Shown: positions 34,960-49,900, counted from the first letter of the stretch. The stretch is DNA of 64,000 nucleotides from Paragordius varius (GCA_964247055.1 OZ176051.1:10540001-10604000), one strand, 5' to 3'. Numbers and translations: made by a program. The notes: generated from the letters alone by a model not told the origin.

Positions 34960-37900
34960 CTAGCGTGAATCTCGTGCTGCTACGCAGCCCGAGGAAGTCC
35001 TTCGGACTTCTGGGGGGAAGTTTGGATTTGAATGGGTCTACCGTTTTTCCTGTAGATCACAAAGCCAGCATTTTCCATTTTTATAAATATATAGATTACC
35101 ATAAATAATGTTTTAATATCCATATATCATGCTATATATGATAGATACTCCTTACTCAGCAGCTATCATCAAAGAAACGCCTGACTAAAATTTTTGCCTT
35201 TTAACAGGCATTACGAAAAATCCTTCTCGAATTTTTACAGTCTCATACCTTAAGCAAAAAAATACAATCAAAAAAATATTTTTTTGGACTTTGTTTTTTT
35301 TTTGAAAAAAATGGCATTTTACGGGGGGAGCGGGTAAAAAGAGGGCCTAAATCAAAAAAGTGACTCGACTATGTTCGGCGCAATCGAAAATAAGTAAACA
35401 AAAATCATATTTGAAATTGAATGGTCCAACACGTTCTCCAAAAAATTGACTTAACCCATTTTTCACACGGGGTGGGCCCAAACTGGGGACCTAATTCCAA
35501 AAAAGGGCGAAGCTATTGTCGGGGCATTCATTAATGATTAAATTTTTTCGATGTTTGGATTTGAATGGGTTCACCGGTTTTCCGGAAACAGATCACAAAG
35601 TTATATGAAAAATCAGTTTTTAGCGGGTAGCTCCTTACCCAGCAGCTATCATCAAATAAACGGTGGACTATAATTTCTGCCTTTTAACAGGAAATACGTG
35701 GAATCTTTATTGAATTTTTATGGTCTCATACCTAGGGCGAAAAATCGATTTAAAAAATTATTTTTGTGGACTTTTTTTTTTGAAAAAAAATGGCATTTTA
35801 CGGGGGGAGCGGGTAAAAAGAGGGCCTAAATCAAAAAAGTGACTCGACTATGTTCGGCGCAATCGAAAATAAGTAAACAAAAATCATATTTGAAATTGAA
35901 TGGTCCAACACGTTCTCCAAAAAATTGACTTAACCCATTTTTCACACGGGGTGGGCCCAAACTGGGGACCTAATTCCAAAAAAGGGCGAAGCTATTGTCG
36001 GGGCATTCATTAATGATTAAATTTTTTCGATGTTTGGATTTGAATGGGTTCACCGGTTTTCCGGAAACAGATCACAAAGTTATATGAAAAATCAGTTTTT
36101 AGCGGGTAGCTCCTTACCCAGCAGCTATCATCAAATAAACGGTGGACTATAATTTCTGCCTTTTAACAGGAAATACGTGGAATCTTTATTGAATTTTTAT
36201 GGTCTCATACCTAGGGCGAAAAATCGATTTAAAAAATTATTTTTGTGGACTTTTTTTTTTTGAAAAAAATGGCATTTTACGGGGGGAGCGGGTAAAAAGA
36301 GGGCCTAAATCAAAAAAGTGACTCGACTATGTTCGGCGCAATCGAAAATAAGTAAACAAAAATCATATTTGAAATTGAATGGTCCAACACGTTCTCCAAA
36401 AAATTGACTTAACCCATTTTTCACACGGGGTGGGCCCAAACTGGGGACCTAATTCCAAAAAAGGGCGAAGCTATTGTCGGGGCATTCATTAATGATTAAA
36501 TTTTTTCGATGTTTGGATTTGAATGGGTTCACCGGTTTTCCGGAAACAGATCACAAAGTTATATGAAAAATCAGTTTTTAGCGGGTAGCTCCTTACCCAG
36601 CAACTATCATCAAATAAACGGTGGACTATAATTTCTGCCTTTTAACAGGAAATACGTGGAATCTTTATTGAATTTTTACGGTCTCATACCTAGGGCGAAA
36701 AATCGATTTAAAAAATTATTTTTGTGGACTTTGTTTTTTTTTTGAAAAAAATGGCATTTTACGGGGGGAGCGGGTAAAAAGAGGGCCTAAATCAAAAAAG
36801 TGACTCGACTATGTTCGGCGCAATCGAAAATAAGTAAACAAAAATCATATTTGAAATTGAATGGTCCAACACGTTCTCCAAAAAATTGACTTAACCCATT
36901 TTTCACACGGGGTGGGCCCAAACTGGGGACCTAATTCCAAAAAAGGGCGAAGCTATTGTCGGGGCATTCATTAATGATTAAATTTTTTCGATGTTTGGAT
37001 TTGAATGGGTTCACCGGTTTTCCGGAAACAGATCACAAAGTTATATGAAAAATCAGTTTTTAGCGGGTAGCTCCTTACCCAGCAGCTATCATCAAATAAA
37101 CGGTGGACTATAATTTCTGCCTTTTAACAGGAAATACGTGGAATCTTTATTGAATTTTTATGGTCTCATACCTAGGGCGAAAAATCGATTTAAAAAATTA
37201 TTTTTGTGGACTTTGTTTTTTTTTTTGAAAAAAATGGCATTTTACGGGGGGAGCGGGTAAAAAGAGGGCCTAAATCAAAAAAGTGACTCGACTATGTTCG
37301 GCGCAATCGAAAATAAGTAAACAAAAATCATATTTGAAATTGAATGGTCCAACACGTTCTCCAAAAATTGACTTAACCCATTTTTCACACGGGGTGGGCC
37401 CAAACTGGGGACCTAATTCCAAAAAAGGGCGAAGCTATTGTCGGGGCATTCATTAATGATTAAATTTTTTCGATGTTTGGATTTGAATGGGTTCACCGGT
37501 TTTCCGGAAACAGATCACAAAGTTATATGAAAAATCAGTTTTTAGCGGGTAGCTCCTTACCCAGCAGCTATCATCAAATAAACGGTGGACTATAATTTCT
37601 GCCTTTTAACAGGAAATACGTGGAATCTTTATTGAATTTTTATGGTCTCATACCTAGGGCGAAAAATCGATTTAAAAAATTATTTTTGTGGACTTTTTTT
37701 TTTTTGAAAAAAATGGCATTTTACGGGGGGAGCGGGTAAAAAGAGGGCCTAAATCAAAAAAGTGACTCGACTATGTTCGGCGCAATCGAAAATAAGTAAA
37801 CAAAAATCATATTTGAAATTGAATGGTCCAACACGTTCTCCAAAAAATTGACTTAACCCATTTTTCACACGGGGTGGGCCCAAACTGGGGACCTAATTCC

Positions 37901-40900
37901 AAAAAAGGGCGAAGCTATTGTCGGGGCATTCATTAATTATTAAATTTTTTCGATGTTTGGATTTGAATGGGTTCACCGGTTTTCCGGAAACAGATCACAA
38001 AGTTATATGAAAAATCAGTTTTTAGCGGGTAGCTCCTTACCCAGCAGCTATCATCAAATAAACGGTAGACTATAATTTTTGCCTTTTAACAGGAAATACG
38101 TGGAATCTTTATTGAATTTTTACGGTCTCATACCTAGGGCGAAAAATCGATTTAAAAAATTATTTTTGTGGACTTTTTTTTTTTTGAAAAAAATGGCATT
38201 TTACGGGGGGAGCGGGTAAAAAGAGGGCCTAAATCAAAAAAGTGACTCGACTATGTTCGGCGCAATCGAAAATAAGTAAACAAAAATCATATTTGAAATT
38301 GAATGGTCCAACACGTTCTCCAAAAAATTGACTTAACCCATTTTTCACACGGGGTGGGCCCAAACTGGGGACCTAATTCCAAAAAAGGGCGAAGCTATTG
38401 TCGGGGCATTCATTAATTATTAAATTTTTTCGATGTTTGGATTTGAATGGGTTCACCGGTTTTCCGGAAACAGATCACAAAGTTATATGAAAAATCAGTT
38501 TTTAGCGGGTAGCTCCTTACCCAGCAGCTATCATCAAATAAACGGTAGACTATAATTTTTGCCTTTTAACAGGAAATACGTGGAATCTTTATTGAATTTT
38601 TACGGTCTCATACCTAGGGCGAAAAATCGATTTAAAAAATTATTTTTGTGGACTTTGTTTTTTTTGAAAAAAATGGCATTTTACGGCGGGAGCGGGTAAA
38701 AAGAGGGCCTAAATCAAAAAAGTGACTCGACTATGTTCGGCGCAATCGAAAATAAGTAAACAAAAATCATATTTGAAATTGAATGGTCCAACACGTTCTC
38801 CAAAAAATTGACTTAACCCATTTTTCACACGGGGTGGGCCCAAACTGGGGACCTAATTCCAAAAAAGGGCGAAGCTATTGTCGGGGCATTCATTAATGAT
38901 TAAATTTTTTCGATGTTTGGATTTGAATGGGTTCACCGGTTTTCCGGAAACAGATCACAAAGTTATATGAAAAATCAGTTTTTAGCGGGTAGCTCCTTAC
39001 CCAGCAACTATCATCAAATAAACGGTGGACTATAATTTCTGCCTTTTAACAGGAAATACGTGGAATCTTTATTGAATTTTTACGGTCTCATACCTAGGGC
39101 GAAAAATCGATTTAAAAAATTATTTTTGTGGACTTTGTTTTTTTTTTGAAAAAAATGGCATTTTACGGGGGGAGCGGGTAAAAAGAGGGCCTAAATCAAA
39201 AAAGTGACTCGACTATGTTCGGCGCAATCGAAAATAAGTAAACAAAAATCATATTTGAAATTGAATGGTCCAACACGTTCTCCAAAAAATTGACTTAACC
39301 CATTTTTCACACGGGGTGGGCCCAAACTGGGGACCTAATTCCAAAAAAGGGCGAAGCTATTGTCGGGGCATTCATTAATGATTAAATTTTTTCGATGTTT
39401 GGATTTGAATGGGTTCACCGGTTTTCCGGAAACAGATCACAAAGTTATATGAAAAATCAGTTTTTAGCGGGTAGCTCCTTACCCAGCAGCTATCATCAAA
39501 TAAACGGTGGACTATAATTTCTGCCTTTTAACAGGAAATACGTGGAATCTTTATTGAATTTTTATGGTCTCATACCTAGGGCGAAAAATCGATTTAAAAA
39601 ATTATTTTTGTGGACTTTGTTTTTTTTTTGAAAAAAATGGCATTTTACGGGGGGAGCGGGTAAAAAGAGGGCCTAAATCAAAAAAGTGACTCGACTATGT
39701 TCGGCGCAATCGAAAATAAGTAAACAAAAATCATATTTGAAATTGAATGGTCCAACACGTTCTCCAAAAAATTGACTTAACCCATTTTTCACACGGGGTG
39801 GGCCCAAACTGGGGACCTAATTCCAAAAAAGGGCGAAGCTATTGTCGGGGCATTCATTAATGATTAAATTTTTTCGATGTTTGGATTTGAATGGGTTCAC
39901 CGGTTTTCCGGAAACAGATCACAAAGTTATATGAAAAATCAGTTTTTAGCGGGTAGCTCCTTACCCAGCAGCTATCATCAAATAAACGGTGGACTATAAT
40001 TTCTGCCTTTTAACAGGAAATACGTGGAATCTTTATTGAATTTTTATGGTCTCATACCTAGGGCGAAAAATCGATTTAAAAAATTATTTTTGTGGACTTT
40101 TTTTTTTTTGAAAAAAATGGCATTTTACGGGGGGAGCGGGTAAAAAGAGGGCCTAAATCAAAAAAGTGACTCGACTATGTTCGGCGCAATCGAAAATAAG
40201 TAAACAAAAATCATATTTGAAATTGAATGGTCCAACACGTTCTCCAAAAAATTGACTTAACCCATTTTTCACACGGGGTGGGCCCAAACTGGGGACCTAA
40301 TTCCAAAAAAGGGCGAAGCTATTGTCGGGGCATTCATTAATTATTAAATTTTTTCGATGTTTGGATTTGAATGGGTTCACCGGTTTTCCGGAAACAGATC
40401 ACAAAGTTATATGAAAAATCAGTTTTTAGCGGGTAGCTCCTTACCCAGCAGCTATCATCAAATAAACGGTAGACTATAATTTTTGCCTTTTAACAGGAAA
40501 TACGTGGAATCTTTATTGAATTTTTACGGTCTCATACCTAGGGCGAAAAATCGATTTAAAAAATTATTTTTGTGGACTTTTTTTTTTTTGAAAAAAATGG
40601 CATTTTACGGGGGGAGCGGGTAAAAAGAGGGCCTAAATCAAAAAAGTGACTCGACTATGTTCGGCGCAATCGAAAATAAGTAAACAAAAATCATATTTGA
40701 AATTGAATGGTCCAACACGTTCTCCAAAAAATTGACTTAACCCATTTTTCACACGGGGTGGGCCCAAACTGGGGACCTAATTCCAAAAAAGGGCGAAGCT
40801 ATTGTCGGGGCATTCATTAATTATTAAATTTTTTCGATGTTTGGATTTGAATGGGTTCACCGGTTTTCCGGAAACAGATCACAAAGTTATATGAAAAATC

Positions 40901-43900
40901 AGTTTTTAGCGGGTAGCTCCTTACCCAGCAGCTATCATCAAATAAACGGTAGACTATAATTTTTGCCTTTTAACAGGAAATACGTGGAATCTTTATTGAA
41001 TTTTTACGGTCTCATACCTAGGGCGAAAAATCGATTTAAAAAATTATTTTTGTGGACTTTGTTTTTTTTGAAAAAAATGGCATTTTACGGCGGGAGCGGG
41101 TAAAAAGAGGGCCTAAATCAAAAAAGTGACTCGACTATGTTCGGCGCAATCGAAAATAAGTAAACAAAAATCATATTTGAAATTGAATGGTCCAACACGT
41201 TCTCCAAAAAATTGACTTAACCCATTTTTCACACGGGGTGGGCCCAAACTGGGGACCTAATTCCAAAAAAGGGCGAAGCTATTGTCGGGGCATTCATTAA
41301 TGATTAAATTTTTTCGATGTTTGGATTTGAATGGGTTCACCGGTTTTCCGGAAACAGATCACAAAGTTATATGAAAAATCAGTTTTTAGCGGGTAGCTCC
41401 TTACCCAGCAGCTATCATCAAATAAACGGTGGACTATAATTTCTGCCTTTTAACAGGAAATACGTGGAATCTTTATTGAATTTTTATGGTCTCATACCTA
41501 GGGCGAAAAATCGATTTAAAAAATTATTTTTGTGGACTTTTTTTTTTTTGAAAAAAATGGCATTTTACGGGGGGAGCGGGTAAAAAGAGGGCCTAAATCA
41601 AAAAAGTGACTCGACTATGTTCGGCGCAATCGAAAATAAGTAAACAAAAATCATATTTGAAATTGAATGGTCCAACACGTTCTCCAAAAAATTGACTTAA
41701 CCCATTTTTCACACGGGGTGGGCCCAAACTGGGGACCTAATTCCAAAAAAGGGCGAAGCTATTGTCGGGGCATTCATTAATTATTAAATTTTTTCGATGT
41801 TTGGATTTGAATGGGTTCACCGGTTTTCCGGAAACAGATCACAAAGTTATATGAAAAATCAGTTTTTAGCGGGTAGCTCCTTACCCAGCAGCTATCATCA
41901 AATAAACGGTAGACTATAATTTTTGCCTTTTAACAGGAAATACGTGGAATCTTTATTGAATTTTTACGGTCTCATACCTAGGGCGAAAAATCGATTTAAA
42001 AAATTATTTTTGTGGACTTTTTTTTTTTTGAAAAAAATGGCATTTTACGGGGGGAGCGGGTAAAAAGAGGGCCTAAATCAAAAAAGTGACTCGACTATGT
42101 TCGGCGCAATCGAAAATAAGTAAACAAAAATCATATTTGAAATTGAATGGTCCAACACGTTCTCCAAAAAATTGACTTAACCCATTTTTCACACGGGGTG
42201 GGCCCAAACTGGGGACCTAATTCCAAAAAAGGGCGAAGCTATTGTCGGGGCATTCATTAATTATTAAATTTTTTCGATGTTTGGATTTGAATGGGTTCAC
42301 CGGTTTTCCGGAAACAGATCACAAAGTTATATGAAAAATCAGTTTTTAGCGGGTAGCTCCTTACCCAGCAGCTATCATCAAATAAACGGTAGACTATAAT
42401 TTTTGCCTTTTAACAGGAAATACGTGGAATCTTTATTGAATTTTTACGGTCTCATACCTAGGGCGAAAAATCGATTTAAAAAATTATTTTTGTGGACTTT
42501 GTTTTTTTTGAAAAAAATGGCATTTTACGGCGGGAGCGGGTAAAAAGAGGGCCTAAATCAAAAAAGTGACTCGACTATGTTCGGCGCAATCGAAAATAAG
42601 TAAACAAAAATCATATTTGAAATTGAATGGTCCAACACGTTCTCCAAAAAATTGACTTAACCCATTTTTCACACGGGGTGGGCCCAAACTGGGGACCTAA
42701 TTCCAAAAAAGGGCGAAGCTATTGTCGGGGCATTCATTAATGATTAAATTTTTTCGATGTTTGGATTTGAATGGGTTGACCGGTTTTCCCGAAACAGATC
42801 ACAAAGTTATATGAAAAATCAGTTTTTAGCGGGTAGCTCCTTACCCAGCAGCTATCATCAAATAAACGGTGGACTATAATTTTTGCCTTTTAACAGGAAA
42901 TACGTGGAATCTTTATTGAATTTTTTCGGTCTCATACCTAGGGCGAAAAATCGATTTAAAAAATTATTTTTGTGGACTTTTTTTTTTGAAAAAAATGGCA
43001 TTTTACGGGGGGAGCGGGTAAAAAGTGGGCCTAAATCAAAAAAGTGACTCGACTATGTTCGGCGCAATCGAAAATAAGTAAACAAAAATCATATTTGAAA
43101 TTGAATGGTCCAACACGTTCTCCAAAAAATTGACTTAACCCATTTTTCACACGGGGTGGGCCCAAACTGGGGACCTAATTCCAAAAAAGGGCGAAGCTAT
43201 TGTCGGGGCATTCATTAATGATTAAATTTTTTCGATGTTTGGATTTGAATGGGTTCACCGGTTTTCCGGAAACAGATCACAAAGTTATATGAAAAATCAG
43301 TTTTTAGCGGGTAGCTCCTTACCCAGCAGCTATCATCAAATAAACGGTGGACTATAATTTCTGCCTTTTAACAGGAAATACGTGGAATCTTTATTGAATT
43401 TTTATGGTCTCATACCTAGGGCGAAAAATCGATTTAAAAAATTATTTTTGTGGACTTTTTTTTTTTGAAAAAAATGGCATTTTACGGGGGGAGCGGGTAA
43501 AAAGAGGGCCTAAATCAAAAAAGTGACTCGACTATGTTCGGCGCAATCGAAAATAAGTAAACAAAAATCATATTTGAAATTGAATGGTCCAACACGTTCT
43601 CCAAAAAATTGACTTAACCCATTTTTCACAAGGGGTGGGCCCAAACTGGGGACCTAATTCCAAAAAAGGGCGAAGCTATTGTCGGGGCATTCATTAATTA
43701 TTAAATTTTTTCGATGTTTGGATTTGAATGGGTTCACCGGTTTTCCGGAAACAGATCACAAAGTTATATGAAAAATCAGTTTTTAGCGGGTAGCTCCTTA
43801 CCCAGCAGCTATCATCAAATAAACGGTGGACTATAATTTTTGCCTTTTAACAGGAAATACGTGGAATCTTTATTGAATTTTTTCGGTCTCATACCTAGGG

Positions 43901-46900
43901 CGAAAAATCGATTTAAAAATTATTTTTGTGGACTTTTTTTTTTTTGAAAAAAATGGCATTTTACGGGGGGAGCGGGTAAAAAGAGGGCCTAAATCAAAAA
44001 AGTGACTCGACTATGTTCGGCGCAATCGAAAATAAGTAAACAAAAATCATATTTGAAATTGAATGGTCCAACACGTTCTCCAAAAAATTGACTTAACCCA
44101 TTTTTCACACGGGGTGGGCCCAAACTGGGGACCTAATTCCAAAAAAGGGCGAAGCTATTGTCGGGGCATTCATTAATTATTAAATTTTTTCGATGTTTGG
44201 ATTTGAATGGGTTCACCGGTTTTCCGGAAACAGATCACAAAGTTATATGAAAAATCAGTTTTTAGCGGGTAGCTCCTTACCCAGCAGCTATCATCAAATA
44301 AACGGTGGACTATAATTTCTGCCTTTTAACAGGAAATACGTGGAATCTTTATTGAATTTTTATGGTCTCATACCTAGGGCGAAAAATCGATTTAAAAAAT
44401 TATTTTTGTGGACTTTTTTTTTTTGAAAAAAATGGCATTTTACGGGGGGAGCGGGTAAAAAGAGGGCCTAAATCAAAAAAGTGACTCGACTATGTTCGGC
44501 GCAATCGAAAATAAGTAAACAAAAATCATATTTGAAATTGAATGGTCCAACACGTTCTCCAAAAAATTGACTTAACCCATTTTTCACACGGGGTGGGCCC
44601 AAACTGGGGACCTAATTCCAAAAAAGGGCGAAGCTATTGTCGGGGCATTCATTAATTATTAAATTTTTTCGATGTTTGGATTTGAATGGGTTCACCGGTT
44701 TTCCGGAAACAGATCACAAAGTTATATGAAAAATCAGTTTTTAGCGGGTAGCTCCTTACCCAGCAACTATCATCAAATAAACGGTGGACTATAATTTCTG
44801 CCTTTTAACAGGAAATACGTGGAATCTTTATTGAATTTTTATGGTCTCATACCTAGGGCGAAAAATCGATTTAAAAAATTATTTTTGTGGACTTTTTTTT
44901 TTGAAAAAAATGGCATTTTACGGGGGGAGCGGGTAAAAAGAGGGCCTAAATCAAAAAAGTGACTCGACTATGTTCGGCGCAATCGAAAATAAGTAAACAA
45001 AAATCATATTTGAAATTGAATGGTCCAACACGTTCTCCAAAAAATTGACTTAACCCATTTTTCACACGGGGTGGGCCCAAACTGGGGACCTAATTCCAAA
45101 AAAGGGCGAAGCTATTGTCGGGGCATTCATTAATGATTAAATTTTTTCGATGTTTGGATTTGAATGGGTTCACCGGTTTTCCGGAAACAGATCACAAAGT
45201 TATATGAAAAATCAGTTTTTAGCGGGTAGCTCCTTACCCAGCAGCTATCATCAAATAAACGGTGGACTATAATTTTTGCCTTTTAACAGGAAATACGTGG
45301 AATCTTTATTGAATTTTTTCGGTCTCATACCTAGGGCGAAAAATCGATTTAAAAATTATTTTTGTGGACTTTTTTTTTTTGAAAAAAATGGCATTTTACG
45401 GGGGGAGCGGGTAAAAAGAGGGCCTAAATCAAAAAAGTGACTCGACTATGTTCGGCGCAATCGAAAATAAGTAAACAAAAATCATATTTGAAATTGAATG
45501 GTCCAACACGTTCTCCAAAAAATTGACTTAACCCATTTTTCACACGGGGTGGGCCCAAACTGGGGACCTAATTCCAAAAAAGGGCGAAGCTATTGTCGGG
45601 GCATTCATTAATTATTAAATTTTTTCGATGTTTGGATTTGAATGGGTTCACCGGTTTTCCGGAAACAGATCACAAAGTTATATGAAAAATCAGTTTTTAG
45701 CGGGTAGCTCCTTACCCAGCAGCTATCATCAAATAAACGGTGGACTATAATTTCTGCCTTTTAACAGGAAATACGTGGAATCTTTATTGAATTTTTATGG
45801 TCTCATACCTAGGGCGAAAAATCGATTTAAAAAATTATTTTTGTGGACTTTTTTTTTTTGAAAAAAATGGCATTTTACGGGGGGAGCGGGTAAAAAGAGG
45901 GCCTAAATCAAAAAAGTGACTCGACTATGTTCGGCGCAATCGAAAATAAGTAAACAAAAATCATATTTGAAATTGAATGGTCCAACACGTTCTCCAAAAA
46001 ATTGACTTAACCCATTTTTCACACGGGGTGGGCCCAAACTGGGGACCTAATTCCAAAAAAGGGCGAAGCTATTGTCGGGGCATTCATTAATTATTAAATT
46101 TTTTCGATGTTTGGATTTGAATGGGTTCACCGGTTTTCCGGAAACAGATCACAAAGTTATATGAAAAATCAGTTTTTAGCGGGTAGCTCCTTACCCAGCA
46201 ACTATCATCAAATAAACGGTGGACTATAATTTCTGCCTTTTAACAGGAAATACGTGGAATCTTTATTGAATTTTTATGGTCTCATACCTAGGGCGAAAAA
46301 TCGATTTAAAAAATTATTTTTGTGGACTTTTTTTTTTTGAAAAAAATGGCATTTTACGGGGGGAGCGGGTAAAAAGAGGGCCTAAATCAAAAAAGTGACT
46401 CGACTATGTTCGGCGCAATCGAAAATAAGTAAACAAAAATCATATTTGAAATTGAATGGTCCAACACGTTCTCCAAAAAATTGACTTAACCCATTTTTCA
46501 CACGGGGTGGGCCCAAACTGGGGACCTAATTCCAAAAAAGGGCGAAGCTATTGTCGGGGCATTCATTAATTATTAAATTTTTTCGATGTTTGGATTTGAA
46601 TGGGTTCACCGGTTTTCCGGAAACAGATCACAAAGTTATATGAAAAATCAGTTTTTAGCGGGTAGCTCCTTACCCAGCAACTATCATCAAATAAACGGTG
46701 GACTATAATTTCTGCCTTTTAACAGGAAATACGTGGAATCTTTATTGAATTTTTATGGTCTCATACCTAGGGCGAAAAATCGATTTAAAAAATTATTTTT
46801 GTGGACTTTTTTTTTTGAAAAAAATGGCATTTTACGGGGGGAGCGGGTAAAAAGAGGGCCTAAATCAAAAAAGTGACTCGACTATGTTCGGCGCAATCGA

Positions 46901-49900
46901 AAATAAGTAAACAAAAATCATATTTGAAATTGAATGGTCCAACACGTTCTCCAAAAAATTGACTTAACCCATTTTTCACACGGGGTGGGCCCAAACTGGG
47001 GACCTAATTCCAAAAAAGGGCGAAGCTATTGTCGGGGCATTCATTAATGATTAAATTTTTTCGATGTTTGGATTTGAATGGGTTCACCGGTTTTCCGGAA
47101 ACAGATCACAAAGTTATATGAAAAATCAGTTTTTAGCGGGTAGCTCCTTACCCAGCAGCTATCATCAAATAAACGGTGGACTATAATTTTTGCCTTTTAA
47201 CAGGAAATACGTGGAATCTTTATTGAATTTTTTCGGTCTCATACCTAGGGCGAAAAATCGATTTAAAAATTATTTTTGTGGACTTTTTTTTTTTGAAAAA
47301 AATGGCATTTTACGGGGGGAGCGGGTAAAAAGAGGGCCTAAATCAAAAAAGTGACTCGACTATGTTCGGCGCAATCGAAAATAAGTAAACAAAAATCATA
47401 TTTGAAATTGAATGGTCCAACACGTTCTCCAAAAAATTGACTTAACCCATTTTTCACACGGGGTGGGCCCAAACTGGGGACCTAATTCCAAAAAAGGGCG
47501 AAGCTATTGTCGGGGCATTCATTAATGATTAAATTTTTTCGATGTTTGGATTTGAATGGGTTCACCGGTTTTCCGGAAACAGATCACAAAGTTATATGAA
47601 AAATCAGTTTTTAGCGGGTAGCTCCTTACCCAGCAGCTATCATCAAATAAACGGTGGACTATAATTTCTGCCTTTTAACAGGAAATACGTGGAATCTTTA
47701 TTGAATTTTTATGGTCTCATACCTAGGGCGAAAAATCGATTTAAAAAATTATTTTTGTGGACTTTTTTTTTTTGAAAAAAATGGCATTTTACGGGGGGAG
47801 CGGGTAAAAAGAGGGCCTAAATCAAAAAAGTGACTCGACTATGTTCGGCGCAATCGAAAATAAGTAAACAAAAATCATATTTGAAATTGAATGGTCCAAC
47901 ACGTTCTCCAAAAAATTGACTTAACCCATTTTTCACACGGGGTGGGCCCAAACTGGGGACCTAATTCCAAAAAAGGGCGAAGCTATTGTCGGGGCATTCA
48001 TTAATTATTAAATTTTTTCGATGTTTGGATTTGAATGGGTTCACCGGTTTTCCGGAAACAGATCACAAAGTTATATGAAAAATCAGTTTTTAGCGGGTAG
48101 CTCCTTACCCAGCAACTATCATCAAATAAACGGTGGACTATAATTTCTGCCTTTTAACAGGAAATACGTGGAATCTTTATTGAATTTTTATGGTCTCATA
48201 CCTAGGGCGAAAAATCGATTTAAAAAATTATTTTTGTGGACTTTTTTTTTTGAAAAAAATGGCATTTTACGGGGGGAGCGGGTAAAAAGAGGGCCTAAAT
48301 CAAAAAAGTGACTCGACTATGTTCGGCGCAATCGAAAATAAGTAAACAAAAATCATATTTGAAATTGAATGGTCCAACACGTTCTCCAAAAAATTGACTT
48401 AACCCATTTTTCACACGGGGTGGGCCCAAACTGGGGACCTAATTCCAAAAAAGGGCGAAGCTATTGTCGGGGCATTCATTAATGATTAAATTTTTTCGAT
48501 GTTTGGATTTGAATGGGTTCACCGGTTTTCCGGAAACAGATCACAAAGTTATATGAAAAATCAGTTTTTAGCGGGTAGCTCCTTACCCAGCAGCTATCAT
48601 CAAATAAACGGTGGACTATAATTTCTGCCTTTTAACAGGAAATACGTGGAATCTTTATTGAATTTTTATGGTCTCATACCTAGGGCGAAAAATCGATTTA
48701 AAAAATTATTTTTGTGGACTTTGTTTTTTTTTTGAAAAAAATGGCATTTTACGGGGGGAGCGGGTAAAAAGAGGGCCTAAATCAAAAAAGTGACTCGACT
48801 ATGTTCGGCGCAATCGAAAATAAGTAAACAAAAATCATATTTGAAATTGAATGGTCCAACACGTTCTCCAAAAAATTGACTTAACCCATTTTTCACACGG
48901 GGTGGGCCCAAACTGGGGACCTAATTCCAAAAAAGGGCGAAGCTATTGTCGGGGCATTCATTAATGATTAAATTTTTTCGATGTTTGGATTTGAATGGGT
49001 TCACCGGTTTTCCGGAAACAGATCACAAAGTTATATGAAAAATCAGTTTTTAGCGGGTAGCTCCTTACCCAGCAGCTATCATCAAATAAACGGTGGACTA
49101 TAATTTCTGCCTTTTAACAGGAAATACGTGGAATCTTTATTGAATTTTTATGGTCTCATACCTAGGGCGAAAAATCGATTTAAAAAATTATTTTTGTGGA
49201 CTTTTTTTTTTTGAAAAAAATGGCATTTTACGGGGGGAGCGGGTAAAAAGAGGGCCTAAATCAAAAAAGTGACTCGACTATGTTCGGCGCAATCGAAAAT
49301 AAGTAAACAAAAATCATATTTGAAATTGAATGGTCCAACACGTTCTCCAAAAAATTGACTTAACCCATTTTTCACACGGGGTGGGCCCAAACTGGGGACC
49401 TAATTCCAAAAAAGGGCGAAGCTATTGTCGGGGCATTCATTAATGATTAAATTTTTTCGATGTTTGGATTTGAATGGGTTCACCGGTTTTCCGGAAACAG
49501 ATCACAAAGTTATATGAAAAATCAGTTTTTAGCGGGTAGCTCCTTACCCAGCAGCTATCATCAAATAAACGGTGGACTATAATTTCTGCCTTTTAACAGG
49601 AAATACGTGGAATCTTTATTGAATTTTTATGGTCTCATACCTAGGGCGAAAAATCGATTTAAAAAATTATTTTTGTGGACTTTGTTTTTTTTTTGAAAAA
49701 AATGGCATTTTACGGGGGGAGCGGGTAAAAAGAGGGCCTAAATCAAAAAAGTGACTCGACTATGTTCGGCGCAATCGAAAATAAGTAAACAAAAATCATA
49801 TTTGAAATTGAATGGTCCAACACGTTCTCCAAAAAATTGACTTAACCCATTTTTCACACGGGGTGGGCCCAAACTGGGGACCTAATTCCAAAAAAGGGCG

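Noticed and set aside
35374-35388. CENP-B-box-like motif TTCGgcgcAatCGaa (7 of 9 core positions) in every monomer
   Set aside because: The essential terminal GG is missing, and partial matches of this kind are common by chance. It is not evidence of centromeric function.
35620-35665. Hammerhead ribozyme in the satellite (minus strand ttgatga...)
   Set aside because: The core would need CUGANGA followed by stem II and GAAA. The sequence has UUGAUGA and no correctly placed GAAA.
35660-35730. U5 snRNA-like appearance in the monomer (atttctgccttttaacaggaaatacgtgga followed by aatttttatgg)
   Set aside because: It resembles U5 loop 1 (GCCUUUUAC) and an Sm site, but the loop has an extra A, the upstream strand cannot pair with tggaatc to form the lower stem, and the other U5-like words are far too widely spaced. 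Likely chance in AT-rich DNA.
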